A DNA stretch of 24,000 nucleotides. Origin: Salmonella phage SPLA5a. Of this stretch, positions 1 to 7,833 are shown piece by piece. The DNA lies in sequence record OR413583.1; one strand, given 5' to 3'. A program made the translations under genes and the position numbers. Under the pieces are notes generated by a model. That model worked only from the letters and a program-made list of their open reading frames with translations. It was not told the origin of the DNA and made no database searches. Numbering within the stretch: the first letter of the stretch is position 1; every line of letters begins with the position of its first letter.

Positions 1-277
1 AAGTTTCTCCTGCGTCGTCTTCACCCATCGCCCAGAATGGCTCCAGACCAAGGAAAGAGCACCAGTATGCCTTTCCCCAAGAATCAACCGCTTTAGGGCA
101 GGTTTCATCTGTGTAAGTCCAGTGTGCAGCGCCGTAACCTGTCAGACCATCCATAGTCAAGTACAGGCTCGGCATACAATCGCAACTGTCGTCAACATGA
201 CAAGAGCAACTTGAGCTACTGGTCATCACACGGTACTTCGGAACCAGACGTTGAATAGAACGTTTAATATTAACCAT
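1..277 (-). CDS. Partial CDS (runs off left edge); Cys-rich hypothetical protein MVNIKRSIQRLVPKYRVMTSSSSCSCHVDDSCDCMPSLYLTMDG...
   Basis: Open frame on minus strand from ATG at 277 to the window edge; GGAGG ribosome site just upstream (cggaggccgaaaaATG). Confidence 0.75.
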   Translation of the reverse strand, partial: MVNIKRSIQRLVPKYRVMTSSSSCSCHVDDSCDCMPSLYLTMDGLTGYGAAHWTYTDETCPKAVDSWGKAYWCSFLGLEPFWAMGEDDAGET

Positions 278-549
278 TTTTCGGCCTCCGCGCCGCCCCG
301 GAGTAGATCGGGTAAACAAGTTTGCCCCTGTCGCCAATCGGCTCCGCTCACATTTAACTTCCACACACATCTGAAGTGTTTCGCTGTCGCTCCATCACTT
401 CCTCTTGAAACCAACTATACACCAACAAAAACATAAATCAAGTCTTTTATAAAAGATCTTTTGTTTTTAAGGATCTTTATTATTTAGTTCTTTATTATAT
501 CGTAGGTCGTTTTTGTCACCCCTCCCCCTACGTTTTTGTCGGGGGTTGG
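278..549. other. Long intergenic/leader region with palindromes and a promoter-like element
   Basis: About 270 bp without a convincing ORF in an otherwise tightly packed genome; contains TCTTTTATAAAAGA (443-456) and AAAAGATCTTTT (451-462), and a minus-strand TATAAT (494-499). Confidence 0.55.
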
Positions 550-846
550 TCATTTCTTAATCAGTTCGTCGAGAGGGATGTACAGGCTCGTTTTTCCTGC
601 TCTCTCCACCACTTCCAAGTACCCAAGTGCTTCCAAATTCTTCAGGGATCTTTGTACACTTCGTATGCTTGTGTTTATTGATTCAGCTATGGTGCTTACT
701 GACTCTACAAACTCAGAACCTTTGCTTTGAAAAAACTGCCATCTGAATTTGATGTAGAGATACACCCGGAGGTCTGTAGGAGACACTCCGGGGTTTGACA
801 GGATACCATATGAACACAACACACTGAAAGATTTGTCTATTCTCAT
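550..846 (-). CDS. Winged helix-turn-helix protein (HTH_36/replication-initiator-like)
   Basis: 98-aa ORF; SPTDLRVYLYIKFR...VSTIAESINTSIRSVQRSLKNLEALGYLEVVERAGKTSLYIP is a typical wHTH pattern; TAATG junction with the upstream gene. Confidence 0.7.
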   Translation of the reverse strand: MRIDKSFSVLCSYGILSNPGVSPTDLRVYLYIKFRWQFFQSKGSEFVESVSTIAESINTSIRSVQRSLKNLEALGYLEVVERAGKTSLYIPLDELIKK

Positions 847-1232
847 TATGGTTCCAGATACTCCTTGAGATGTTCCAGTACATACTTCTTGGCGTATTCC
901 TCATCGGCATCATTGTGCCACATGCGGGTAACGACACTCGCCATAGTGTACAGGGATCTCTCAAACGGTGAAAGTCCAGGCAGAATACTGACCATGAACT
1001 CCTCCTCTGTGGTGATCTCCAGAGGATTTACCGTGTAATCTGGTGGGATAATGGTCTCCCACTCCCCTCCCTTGAACTTTTTAAGGCTCAATGTTCTCCT
1101 GTTGGAAGTTGTGAGGTACTCACAATGCTCACAACCATCCTTTTTGAAGATTATTCGCACAATTGCCCCGGTGTACATGAAATCCACATCCACACCGAGA
1201 CCAACGGCGACGATTTTATTTTGAGTGCTCAT
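846..1232 (-). CDS. Hypothetical protein, 128 aa
   Basis: ORF starting MSTQNKIVAVGLGVDVDF, overlapping the neighbouring ORF ends at both sides as in phage operons. Confidence 0.75.
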   Translation of the reverse strand: MSTQNKIVAVGLGVDVDFMYTGAIVRIIFKKDGCEHCEYLTTSNRRTLSLKKFKGGEWETIIPPDYTVNPLEITTEEEFMVSILPGLSPFERSLYTMASVVTRMWHNDADEEYAKKYVLEHLKEYLEP

Positions 1233-2652
1233 CTAAATCTACCGCCCTTCCGAAAGGTGGATCAAACTTCGCACGGTTTCTACCGCAAAGGACCCACAGT
1301 GTTTCCCATTTACGCCCCCAGTCTTTCTTACGATGACTGAGATCCTCGATAAAGCCATCGGTGAACATGATGACATCAGTTGCATCCGGAATGTTCTGCT
1401 CGATGTATTCAAATGCCACACCTGCTGTTGTGCCACCTGTTGAGGTGACGTTATAATCCAGCATCTCTTTAATGTTGTCTTGTGTGTATACTTTAACCTC
1501 ACCTACACGAGTTGACCAGCAAAAAAGTGTAACACGGAAGCATTTGTACAGTAAACACAGCCCGATAATCTCATTGAAGATTTTTGTCAGGGTGTTCTTC
1601 GAGATAGACCCGGACACATCGAACCCGATCACAATGTCAATCGTATCCTGCTTGTTTCTTCCCGGCAGGATTATACTCTGCTTGTGGGTGATGGCTCCGT
1701 AATTACGCAGCACTTGGGTAACAGAACCTGAGCGACGAGCAGGTTTCCGGTATGAAAGATGAGACCGTACACGAGAAATCATGCGCTGTTTGATCAACTG
1801 CATGTAATCAATGTGTGGTTTTCTCATTCGGGCAATCAATTCCCGTACTTCTTTCGGTCCTTCACCACCCGCAGCGTTCAGTGCTGCCTCAATCAGACCT
1901 GCTGACCAGGCAAGGTTCTCATCCTTCGACACAGGTCCAAGGCTCGGATGAGGGTCAACATAACCCAGGATGTCACGCTCAGGGTCATAATCCCCAATAT
2001 GCGCTCCCATAGGGTGTCCGTGAACTACCTTTCCGTTGTAAATCTCACTGTAAATCTCTTCCGCAGTCTTACCGTGGAATGAAAAGTCGCAGTAGCAGTA
2101 AGCCATGAAACCAAATTCCCGCTTCTTGTCGAAGACGGTTTGCTCCCCGATAGGGAAAAACTTAAGGCTACGTGCTCTCGGCCCAAACTCATTGGCTACC
2201 AAGTCAGTGTTGATGTACTGATCTGCTGCAATGTTATACATTTTTGAATCGAAAGACTTACCACGAGCCATGTGGTCGTTGGTGATATGCCTGGTTTCGT
2301 GCGCCAGGATAACAACAACCTCTTTTGGTGTCTTTTTTCGATAGAAGGTGTTGACATACTCTTTGTAGTCATCCTTCTGTTCCTGAGTCATGTGGGGGTG
2401 TTTATCAATACGAGCAAACACCTTTTTCTTCCGCTCTTCCGGCATACCCATGATGAACTCAGGGTTATAATACAGGTTACGGTGATCGGTTGCCGCAGTA
2501 GGTAACCAGCGCCAATCAGCGATGATCGGCAAAGAACTCAGCAAAGTTCCGTAAAATGGACGCTGTTGTAACAATGCAATACGTGCAGATTGAATGACCT
2601 TCAGAGCGTCTTTCTGAAGCTTTTCAATCATTTCGCTTTCGTCTTTATACAT
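1216..2652 (-). CDS. Putative metallopeptidase + VWA domain protein (DUF2201-like N-terminal domain, VWA C-terminal domain)
   Basis: HExxH-type motif AHETRHI followed by NIAADQYIN; C-terminal MIDAS DVSGSIS...TSTGGTT...FTDG. Start moved from 2757 to the ATG at 2652 because of the strong RBS (tttggagagagatATG). Confidence 0.85.
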   Translation of the reverse strand: MYKDESEMIEKLQKDALKVIQSARIALLQQRPFYGTLLSSLPIIADWRWLPTAATDHRNLYYNPEFIMGMPEERKKKVFARIDKHPHMTQEQKDDYKEYVNTFYRKKTPKEVVVILAHETRHITNDHMARGKSFDSKMYNIAADQYINTDLVANEFGPRARSLKFFPIGEQTVFDKKREFGFMAYCYCDFSFHGKTAEEIYSEIYNGKVVHGHPMGAHIGDYDPERDILGYVDPHPSLGPVSKDENLAWSAGLIEAALNAAGGEGPKEVRELIARMRKPHIDYMQLIKQRMISRVRSHLSYRKPARRSGSVTQVLRNYGAITHKQSIILPGRNKQDTIDIVIGFDVSGSISKNTLTKIFNEIIGLCLLYKCFRVTLFCWSTRVGEVKVYTQDNIKEMLDYNVTSTGGTTAGVAFEYIEQNIPDATDVIMFTDGFIEDLSHRKKDWGRKWETLWVLCGRNRAKFDPPFGRAVDLDEHSK

Positions 2653-2711
2653 ATCTCTCTCCAAATAAAAAAGGCCATCAATCAAGATGGCCTCAGTATA
2701 CACTTTTGTGA

Positions 2712-2969
2712 TCAGGATGCAAGAACTAATTGGTGTGCCGGAAGGAAATTCATCCAATGTTTTATCCTGAAACCCCAGACCAAGGAAGGGTGCGGGTTTA
2801 TCGGGTGTGGTGGCACAGCAAAGAGCACAATTGCATCAAGCTCTCCAGTTATGTCTTCATTGGATACACATTTAACCTTGTCCCCGACACGGAAAGGAGG
2901 AATAAAACCTCTGTCCAGCATTTTTTGTTCCGGGTCCGTTGCTGGTCGGCCCAAGATGTGTTCGTACAT
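2712..2969 (-). CDS. Hypothetical protein, 85 aa
   Basis: ORF MYEHILGRPATDPEQKMLDRGFIPPFRVGDKVKC..., in the operon and overlapping the end of the upstream gene. Confidence 0.6.
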   Translation of the reverse strand: MYEHILGRPATDPEQKMLDRGFIPPFRVGDKVKCVSNEDITGELDAIVLFAVPPHPINPHPSLVWGFRIKHWMNFLPAHQLVLAS

Positions 2970-3844
2970 TATACGACCTTGTTCAGCATCGCGGTGATCT
3001 TCGGCAGGCTGAGACCTGTCTGGATCATCAGTTGGGTCATTGCTGTTTCCATTTTCTTGGAAACAATGATGAAATTATCTTTCGCAAAGCCAACTTTCAG
3101 GTCAAGGATCAGGATTGATTTAGGCTCTCCGGAGAGCTTTTCGCCCGTCATGGAGCAAGTATTACGAACATACTTGGCCTTGAACTGTGCATAAGTTACG
3201 CTTACGTTCATCCCTACATCAGAGAAGGTTTTGCAGTAGTTTGCATAAGCAAGGGCTACAGCTACGTCATCGGGCAGTTTTGCTGGCTCCGGTGCTTTTT
3301 CTACGACCTCTTCCACGGCATTGGTTACTTCCTCAGTAACTTCGCCCTTGTGCATGTGCTTTTCTGCTTCCTGACTCAGTTTCTCTTCGATAGCAATCAT
3401 CTCGTTCTCCTGTTGTGGGATATATTTAGTTTTCAGCATTTCCATGTGGTCTTTTGACATGTTCAGCATCATTGCCTGAACAATCTCGCGATCAAGCGGT
3501 TCAATTATAGTGATTGCGGTCTTCTTGTCAACCAAACAATCTTTCAATTCATTGGCACGACGCATTACGACACAGACGTTGCCACGGACATAACCTTTTT
3601 TATCGTCGATACGTTCAACGGAGGGGTATTTTGGGTTATAACCAGCCACAGTTCCCATGTGAAACGGCATATTGGTGTAGTCACAAGTACCCATACCGAG
3701 CAGCTTCTTACCCATCATGAACCAATCATCAAGGGTAAGTGAAAACTCGATACCCCGTTTCTTTGTACGCTCAACCTTTGTGTGGTAACGCTCTTCGAGA
3801 TTCTTCATCTCGCTTTGTGTAAATTCTTTTTTCCAATCAATCAT
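2969..3844 (-). CDS. HNH-endonuclease-like protein with a second, degenerate HNH-like unit
   Basis: GTCDYTNMPFHMG...YPSVERIDDKKGYVRGNVCVVMRRANELKD resembles phage HNH enzymes (CxxTG...DRID..kGYv.gNv..v...aN..K); RBS ggag upstream of ATG. Confidence 0.65.
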   Translation of the reverse strand: MIDWKKEFTQSEMKNLEERYHTKVERTKKRGIEFSLTLDDWFMMGKKLLGMGTCDYTNMPFHMGTVAGYNPKYPSVERIDDKKGYVRGNVCVVMRRANELKDCLVDKKTAITIIEPLDREIVQAMMLNMSKDHMEMLKTKYIPQQENEMIAIEEKLSQEAEKHMHKGEVTEEVTNAVEEVVEKAPEPAKLPDDVAVALAYANYCKTFSDVGMNVSVTYAQFKAKYVRNTCSMTGEKLSGEPKSILILDLKVGFAKDNFIIVSKKMETAMTQLMIQTGLSLPKITAMLNKVV

Positions 3845-3880
3845 ATTCTACTCCTGGGTTGTTCCCGTTCTTGTGGGGGG

Positions 3881-3909
3881 ATTATTATCTTTTCGAATCC
3901 CTGTGTCAA
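3881..3909 (-). promoter_or_regulatory. Candidate sigma70-type promoter for the minus-strand operon
   Basis: Minus strand TTGACA (3904-3909), 16-nt spacer, TAATAA (3882-3887); or 17-nt spacer to AATAAT (3881-3886). Confidence 0.6.
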
Positions 3910-3912
3910 TAC

Positions 3913-3941
3913 TTGATTCTCAAAAAATTGTTGTGTATGAT
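3913..3941 (+). promoter_or_regulatory. Candidate sigma70-type promoter for the plus-strand operon
   Basis: TTGATT (3913-3918), 17-nt spacer, TATGAT (3936-3941), upstream of ggaggagag RBS and ATG 3972. Confidence 0.6.
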
Positions 3942-3971
3942 TCCTGTACATGTGTATGGAGGAGAGATTAA

Positions 3972-4991
3972 ATGAACAAAGTTGATGTATCGGTTGTTCC
4001 AGTGGATTGGCCCAGCGGCCCAGTCTTTGATCCTGCAAATCTGAAAGATGATAAAACCACCCGCGACCTGATCGCGTATATGGAAAGACAGAGGATGATT
4101 GACCAACATTCTATGTGGGACACCCACGTTGCAAATGGAAGAGATCGCCATGCCCTGACGGAGTTGTTTGAAAATGTGGAGATGCTCCGTGCCACACATG
4201 ACCCGCTCATGGAGATGGGTTTATTATTCCTTAAATGTTTGAGGCAGGAGGGGACATTTTCATGGATGTGGTCCAATAGCGTTGCCTCAAAAAACCCTTT
4301 GGAAGAGAGGTTTCTTGCCAGAATGGAGGCAGATGTGCGAGAAAGACCTGAATACAACAATCCGTTTGAGAGTGATAATGTTGTGTATGGGAATCTTGAG
4401 ATGGTGATCCGTGGTCACGGTAATGGTAAATCACTTCTTAATGGGAACGTCTGGCCTTTTTCAGGGAGAACAAGGGAGTTTATCCGTCACATCTCACCTT
4501 TGGTCTCTGGTCTGGGTTGTGGAGAGGACTTACGCCTAGTGATTGAGTACAGAAAATACCGAAACAGATACACCTACAGCGACAATCGGAGCACCCTGGA
4601 TTTTCAGAATGTGGGGATTGTGGTTGGTGATCTTATGATTTATCATGATTTCAAGCTGAAAAATGAGCTTGATCGTCTCTGTAACCGGATAGACCATACC
4701 GTTCTGCACGTTCGACACCGAAAATTGAAGGTGAAGAATGCTCGTGAGGCCATGTTCGTTTGCAACAAGTACGAAAACATGTTTCATTTTGAGTATGATC
4801 CGAAGCTGAGAGCCATGATGTTGGGTTCCACACCCACAGAAGAAGAGCTTCTTATGATGGAAATGGCAGGATATAAAGATGAATTTTGGCTTGACAAGAT
4901 TGAATCTTTCGATAGACTGCGTATAAAACCTTTTAACTTAATGGAGTCACAAAGATGGTTCGAGCAGAACATTCCCAAATTCCGGTTTTAA
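3972..4991 (+). CDS. Hypothetical protein, 339 aa, no recognised domain
   Basis: Long ORF with strong RBS (ggaggagagattaaATG), first gene of the plus-strand operon. Confidence 0.85.
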   Translation: MNKVDVSVVPVDWPSGPVFDPANLKDDKTTRDLIAYMERQRMIDQHSMWDTHVANGRDRHALTELFENVEMLRATHDPLMEMGLLFLKCLRQEGTFSWMWSNSVASKNPLEERFLARMEADVRERPEYNNPFESDNVVYGNLEMVIRGHGNGKSLLNGNVWPFSGRTREFIRHISPLVSGLGCGEDLRLVIEYRKYRNRYTYSDNRSTLDFQNVGIVVGDLMIYHDFKLKNELDRLCNRIDHTVLHVRHRKLKVKNAREAMFVCNKYENMFHFEYDPKLRAMMLGSTPTEEELLMMEMAGYKDEFWLDKIESFDRLRIKPFNLMESQRWFEQNIPKFRF

Positions 4992-5461
4992 CTCCGGCGC
5001 AAGAACTTGCCTTGGCAATCAAAATCGCCGCAGAGGGTCATCTCAATCAAAGAGATAAGGGTGGTAACCCGTATATCCTTCACCCGTTGAAGGTGATGCA
5101 CTATCTCAAAACTGACGATTTTCAGCTTATGGCAATTGGTGTTCTCCACGATGTGCTGGAAGACACAGACATTACTGCGTCAGACTTGGTGATTATGGGT
5201 TTCTCAACCCGCGTTGTGGATGGCACCGTTGACCTTACCAAGGTAAGTGGTCAAAGTGAAGAAGAGTATGTGAATGGTATTGTTAAAAATTATGATGCCA
5301 TTCTTGTGAAGCTGGCAGATCTGCGGCACAACTCAGATGTTCGTCGTCTGAAAGGGTTGACGGACAAAGACTTGTTGCGTGTACGTAAGTACCACAATCT
5401 TTACATACGTCTGACAGAAGCAAAACGACTTCATGAACAAATGCAGGGGATCATGTTATGA
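4955..5461 (+). CDS. RelA/SpoT-family HD hydrolase (small alarmone hydrolase/MESH1-like candidate)
   Basis: RDKGGNPYILHPLKVM, GVLHDVLEDTDIT (HDxxED), LVKLADLRHN; hydrolase-type motifs without a synthetase domain. Confidence 0.8.
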   Translation: MVRAEHSQIPVLTPAQELALAIKIAAEGHLNQRDKGGNPYILHPLKVMHYLKTDDFQLMAIGVLHDVLEDTDITASDLVIMGFSTRVVDGTVDLTKVSGQSEEEYVNGIVKNYDAILVKLADLRHNSDVRRLKGLTDKDLLRVRKYHNLYIRLTEAKRLHEQMQGIML

Positions 5462-5967
5462 GTCAATCACTACAGGAAGCCATTGAACTTCGTCGCAGCA
5501 AAGGCCACACAGATGCAGAGATTATAAATTATCTGGTGCAGAGGACAGAACGGAAAGAGGAACTTCTTAACTTTTACAAGAAGCGAGGATCTGAACTCAA
5601 GGATGCTTTGGTGCAGTCTCAGTTTGAGAGCGGTCGCCGTGTAAAAGTCACGGTTGACAACATTATCAGGACATGCTGGGGCAATTACCTTTATCATAAG
5701 AACACCCGGTATTTTTATGACGGTAAGATGAAGGCGTGGGTGAAAGACCCCAACAAAAACAGCCTGTTACAGCACAATGTTGAACATTTACCTGGGAAAT
5801 TTCATGTGGAGGTTATTCTTCCTGACGAAGAAATGCCCCGGAAATGGGAGGGGGTTGCTGTTGGTAACCTGTTTGGTAAGCGCCTACTTGCAGTAGAAAA
5901 AGACGGTATGTGGATCAACTCTGATGATACATTCCTTATCATTAAGAAGGAGAAGAAGAATGCGTAA
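5458..5967 (+). CDS. Hypothetical protein, 169 aa
   Basis: ORF with ATGA overlap with the upstream gene. Confidence 0.75.
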   Translation: MSQSLQEAIELRRSKGHTDAEIINYLVQRTERKEELLNFYKKRGSELKDALVQSQFESGRRVKVTVDNIIRTCWGNYLYHKNTRYFYDGKMKAWVKDPNKNSLLQHNVEHLPGKFHVEVILPDEEMPRKWEGVAVGNLFGKRLLAVEKDGMWINSDDTFLIIKKEKKNA

Positions 5968-6340
5968 CTGGAAAACCCGCTTTGACTTGCGTGATGTGTG
6001 GGGGCAACGTAACGGTGAGTGCGGCCCAGAAGAATGGACAGATAAGACGGTTCATGAACTGGCTAAAGAGATTGCTCGTCGAATCAAACGGAAGTTCCCG
6101 CAACACATGATTGACGGACACAACTGGGACCCGCGCTTGACAGAGGTTCAGGACATGTTCGAATCGGTGCCGACTCTTAAAGAGCACCGAGACATGCTGG
6201 CGCGTCTCATTGCAAACGAAAATGTCTGTGACGACGAGATCTGCGAAATGTCCAAAGATACCCCGATGACTCAGTTCAACGAGGCGATGGACCTGTTTTA
6301 TGATTGGTGTGATAGTAGTTCTGTGTGGGTGGATAAGTGA
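5960..6340 (+). CDS. Hypothetical protein, 126 aa
   Basis: MRNWKTRFDLRDVWGQRN...; start placed at internal ATG 5960 after aaggagaagaag rather than the track start 5924. Confidence 0.75.
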   Translation: MRNWKTRFDLRDVWGQRNGECGPEEWTDKTVHELAKEIARRIKRKFPQHMIDGHNWDPRLTEVQDMFESVPTLKEHRDMLARLIANENVCDDEICEMSKDTPMTQFNEAMDLFYDWCDSSSVWVDK

Positions 6341-6573
6341 GAGCTTTAGATTTTTCAGATGCGGCAGTAATGCCGCTTCCTCGTCACCGCTTGACTCGTC
6401 GTGCATGGTATGCAGTCTTTGGTGCTCAAAAGCTTGAGCCAGATGAAAAAATGTTCTCTGAGGATCTTGCAACGAGGATTCATACCCTATACAATGATAT
6501 TGCCCCTGAAGAAATTGAGGGAGTAATTGCAAATTATCTTGAAGAAAGGAGACGAACGAATGTCGAGTCGTAA
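6337..6573 (+). CDS. Hypothetical protein, 78 aa
   Basis: GTG start overlapping the upstream stop (GTGA), continuous frame MRALDFSDAAVMPLPRHRLTRR. Confidence 0.6.
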   Translation: MRALDFSDAAVMPLPRHRLTRRAWYAVFGAQKLEPDEKMFSEDLATRIHTLYNDIAPEEIEGVIANYLEERRRTNVES

Positions 6574-7768
6574 TATTTTTGATGATAACCGAATCACCCT
6601 CCGCGATATCCCGGACTTAATGCGCTTTTGTCAGCGCCGTGGACGCTCGCTGATGATGTTCGGTGGCGCTGGGCTTGGGAAGAGTCAGGCAATGAAGCAG
6701 GTCGCAAACATGCTGTTTGGCGAACGTGACGACAACCTGATCGATTTCCGTCTGGCAGATAAAGAGCCGTCAGATGTTGTGGGCGTACAGATTCCGGTTA
6801 CAGACGACAAGGGTGTTACCCGCACCGTTTATGCGATCCCTAACTTCTGGCCTGAAGATCCGAACTGGAAAGGGATCGTGTTCCTGGATGAGCTTCTTCA
6901 TGCGGAGCCTTACCTCCAGAAGGTTGCATACCAGATCATGCTTGATCACCGTATTGGCACTTACGTGTTCCCGAAAGGGGCGGTATTTGCAGGGGCAGGC
7001 AACCGTCCCGGTGATGGTACTGCGGTAAGTATGCTGGAAGCGCCTCTGGCTAACCGTATGATCCTGGTTGAACTCGATTACGACACGACTGTTTGGCTGC
7101 AAGATTATGCCCTGCACAACGATGTGCATCCGACAATCGTGGGCTTCATCAGTGCAAACCCCGGCAAGATTGAAAACTATGAAGAAATGTTGGAAATCAA
7201 CTCACCTTCATATGCCACACCTCGTACTTGGGTTACCGCAAGTGATATCCTGTACGATTATGATGCAGGTATCTTGTCCACCCGCTTGGCACGAGCCGCT
7301 CTGCAAGGATCTATCGGGAAGGCATTAACTGATGAGTTGTGGTATTACCACACCCGTATTGCAAATATGGTCCCTATCGAGGGGGTTATGGATGGGTCGA
7401 TCAAGAAACACACCGGGTCAGACACCTCAGATGTGCTATGGACACTCGGCTCTCAGGGTTCAATCTGGTTGCGTAAGGCAATTCAGAACAAAGAGTACAC
7501 AGATGATCAGGTTATTGACTTTGCTGCGAACTTCTTGAAGTACATGTATGACAATTTTGGTCAGCATGATACGTCATCGAACCGTGATTTCGTCAGTTCT
7601 GTGTTTATGTCCTTCATCCAGGAGAACTCTTTTGGTAAAGCAATCCTGTTATCTGGTGATCGTGAGCGTTTACCTGCCAAGTTGTTGGGTAAATACCCGG
7701 TAGTAATGCAAATCATCACCGAATATCGGAAGAATTTTGCTGAAGGTGTTGATGCAATCGTAAATTAG
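6560..7768 (+). CDS. MoxR-like AAA+ ATPase
   Basis: Walker A MMFGGAGLGKS, Walker B GIVFLDEL, VFAGAGNRPGDG...MLEAPLANR. RBS gaaaggagacgaacgaATG supports the 6560 start. Confidence 0.85.
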   Translation: MSSRNIFDDNRITLRDIPDLMRFCQRRGRSLMMFGGAGLGKSQAMKQVANMLFGERDDNLIDFRLADKEPSDVVGVQIPVTDDKGVTRTVYAIPNFWPEDPNWKGIVFLDELLHAEPYLQKVAYQIMLDHRIGTYVFPKGAVFAGAGNRPGDGTAVSMLEAPLANRMILVELDYDTTVWLQDYALHNDVHPTIVGFISANPGKIENYEEMLEINSPSYATPRTWVTASDILYDYDAGILSTRLARAALQGSIGKALTDELWYYHTRIANMVPIEGVMDGSIKKHTGSDTSDVLWTLGSQGSIWLRKAIQNKEYTDDQVIDFAANFLKYMYDNFGQHDTSSNRDFVSSVFMSFIQENSFGKAILLSGDRERLPAKLLGKYPVVMQIITEYRKNFAEGVDAIVN

Positions 7769-7771
7769 TCG

Positions 7772-7800
7772 TTGACAGCCCCAAAAGGGGCTGTTATTCT
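7772..7800 (+). promoter_or_regulatory. Candidate sigma70 promoter overlapping a terminator hairpin
   Basis: TTGACA (7772-7777), 17-nt spacer, TATTCT (7795-7800); RBS gagaggac and ATG 7834 downstream. Confidence 0.45.
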
Positions 7801-7801
7801 T
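7775..7801 (+). terminator. Rho-independent terminator after the MoxR gene
   Basis: ACAGCCCC-AAAA-GGGGCTGT (8-bp stem) followed by T-rich TATTCTTT. Confidence 0.75.
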
Positions 7802-7833
7802 TACTCACACAAACAAAAGAGAGGACAAACTCA

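Noticed and set aside
226-414. 62-aa minus-strand ORF
   Set aside because: Non-ATG start, overlaps the RBS and 5' end of the better-supported gene at 1-277; unusual composition. Kept only as a possible leader ORF.
524-545. CCCCC...GGGGG hairpin as a terminator for the wHTH gene
   Set aside because: Stem has an internal mismatch and neither strand has a downstream T-tract, so termination is not supported.
251-730. 61- and 64-aa plus-strand ORFs in the left region
   Set aside because: Opposite to the minus-strand operon, one overlapping the wHTH gene; no RBS or recognisable content.
1125-3720. Several plus/minus shadow ORFs (e.g. 2590-2997, 2730-3194, 3514-3720)
   Set aside because: Antisense to strong CDSs, low-complexity Ser/Arg/His composition, no RBS support.
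5942-6532. 196-aa minus-strand ORF
   Set aside because: Antisense to coupled plus-strand genes 5960-6573; typical shadow ORF.
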